A stretch of 9,000 bases of DNA from Octopus sinensis (lineage: Eukaryota), in NCBI RefSeq assembly GCF_006345805.1, contig NW_021828109.1, positions 1-9,000 of the forward strand, given 5' to 3'. Shown here one piece after another: positions 7,597-9,000 of the stretch (position 1 is the first letter of the stretch; every line of letters starts with the position of its first letter). Position numbers and translations under genes: made by a program. The notes under the pieces were generated by a model that saw only the letters and a program-made list of their open reading frames with translations, was not told where the DNA came from and made no database searches.

Positions 7597-7921
7597 TTTA
7601 TGCAGACATAGTATATCAAGGAATACATCAGACAGGAACACATCCAGATGGACCTAAGATCAAACACGTACTGGCCATGACCACACCACATTTTATTCAC
7701 ACTTAGCGTATCACGGTCTACGTGATCATGATCAGGCTGTGCCCTAACCCCATTTTATAAAGCTGATAACATGAGTTTTTGAATATTTGTAGGTTGGTCA
7801 GATGTTTAGCAAAACATAAACCAGAATATTTATCAAACGACGTGATTAAAAGAATGTTTGGCAAAGATCTTTAGATTCCCATGGCATGAAATATTGCGCA
7901 ATGACACCACGTGCATGCACC

Positions 7922-7982
7922 TATATATACAACATATGTCATTGTGTATATATATGCGTATAGTGTTTGTGTGCATGTATGC

Positions 7983-8020
<38 letters not shown>

Positions 8021-8317
8021 ATAATATATATACCTAAATACTTACATATATTTGAATATACATACAAATACACAAACACAAATATATACAATTTTATATA
8101 CATAAGTGCATACATTTATACATATATACATATGCGTGTTGTGATATATATGTATGTATATGTATATATATATATTATATGCATGTTATATATATATTAT
8201 GTATCTTTATATATATATATAATATTATATGTATATATGTATATATATATATATTATAATATATATGTATAATATATATTAGTGTATATATATGTATATA
8301 TATATATATATATATAT
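7922..8317. repeat. Degenerate (TA)n/(TG)n low-complexity tract
   Basis: Directly visible. Confidence 0.9.
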
Positions 8318-8836
8318 GAGGCAACGACACAGAAGCCCAAGAGACAGGAGAAACACAAACAAAGACAACTCTTAAACAAACAAACAAACAAAATAAAAAT
8401 GGCAAAAGCCAAAAAGAAAAGTCCTTTTTGCGACACATTCAAAGTAAACCAAAATATTTTCATGAAAACATTCCTGCCTGCTATCTTACATTGCCATAAA
8501 GCTGACCCACACCTCTCACAGGACATTCCAACAGATGACAGCAGCAAATGAAAAACCTTCTTTTCTAAAACCCGGATATATTTGTTTTTGCACGAGGCTT
8601 CAATGTTTGTTTATTTTGAACGTAGGCTAGGGGCAGTCGTGACCGTTCCTAAAATAATCTCTGGGGGCCTATCTAACAGGATTATTTATTTCAATTAACG
8701 AATGATAAAATCACAAATCGACTTCAGTTCCTGGTGCACCACCATATATCATGTGTGTGTGTGCGCCTGTGTGTGTGTGTGTGAATGAAAATTGCATATA
8801 TCTAAATGTATATGTGTGTATTTATGAATATAAACA

Positions 8837-9000
8837 GCAGGAGTGACTGTGTGGTAAGTAGCTTGCTAACCAACCACATGGTTCCAGGTTCAGTCCCACT
8901 GCGTGACATCTTGGGCAAGTATCTTCTGCTATAGCCCCGGGCCGACCAATGCCTTGTGAGTGGATTTGGTAGACGGAAACTGAAAGAAGCCTGTCGTATA
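8837..9000 (+). mobile_element. SINE family A, tRNA head in + orientation, continuing past the window end
   Basis: A-box-like TGACTGTGTGG (8844-8854) and B-box-like GGTTCAGTCCC (8887-8897); reverse complement of the heads at 1155-1320 and 7447-7596. Confidence 0.92.

Noticed and set aside
7597-8836. Search for the next SVEP1 exon (expected C-P-x-G-T-Y-K-like motif, phase 1)
   Set aside because: No matching translation with splice sites was found by eye; it probably lies beyond the window.
8837-8905. Possible tRNA gene
   Set aside because: It has A/B boxes but no convincing cloverleaf and continues into SINE body sequence; it is a tRNA-derived SINE head.

Overview
This is eukaryotic (animal) genomic DNA, very repeat-rich, and the SINE families suggest an octopus or other coleoid cephalopod (inference). 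It lies inside a + strand gene orthologous to SVEP1/polydom. Two internal coding exons are present: 1539-1794 (C-terminal half of the vWA domain) and 6476-6652 (Cys-rich/EGF-like segment). They join in frame across a 4.68 kb phase-1 GT-AG intron. The rest is intronic and contains: six pieces of one tRNA-derived SINE family (A), two copies of a second SINE family (B), an apparently complete ~373 bp non-autonomous Helitron, a 5'-truncated R4/Dong-type RLE retrotransposon embedded in a (TAA)n array, an unclassified ~530 bp element also embedded in (TAA)n, a decayed hammerhead-like Penelope pLTR fragment, and long (CCTT)n, (ATT)n, (TG)n and (TA)n tracts. Almost all long ORFs in the supplied track are microsatellite artefacts. 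I see no clear novel multi-gene system; the interesting points concern mobile-element biology and pre-mRNA structure.
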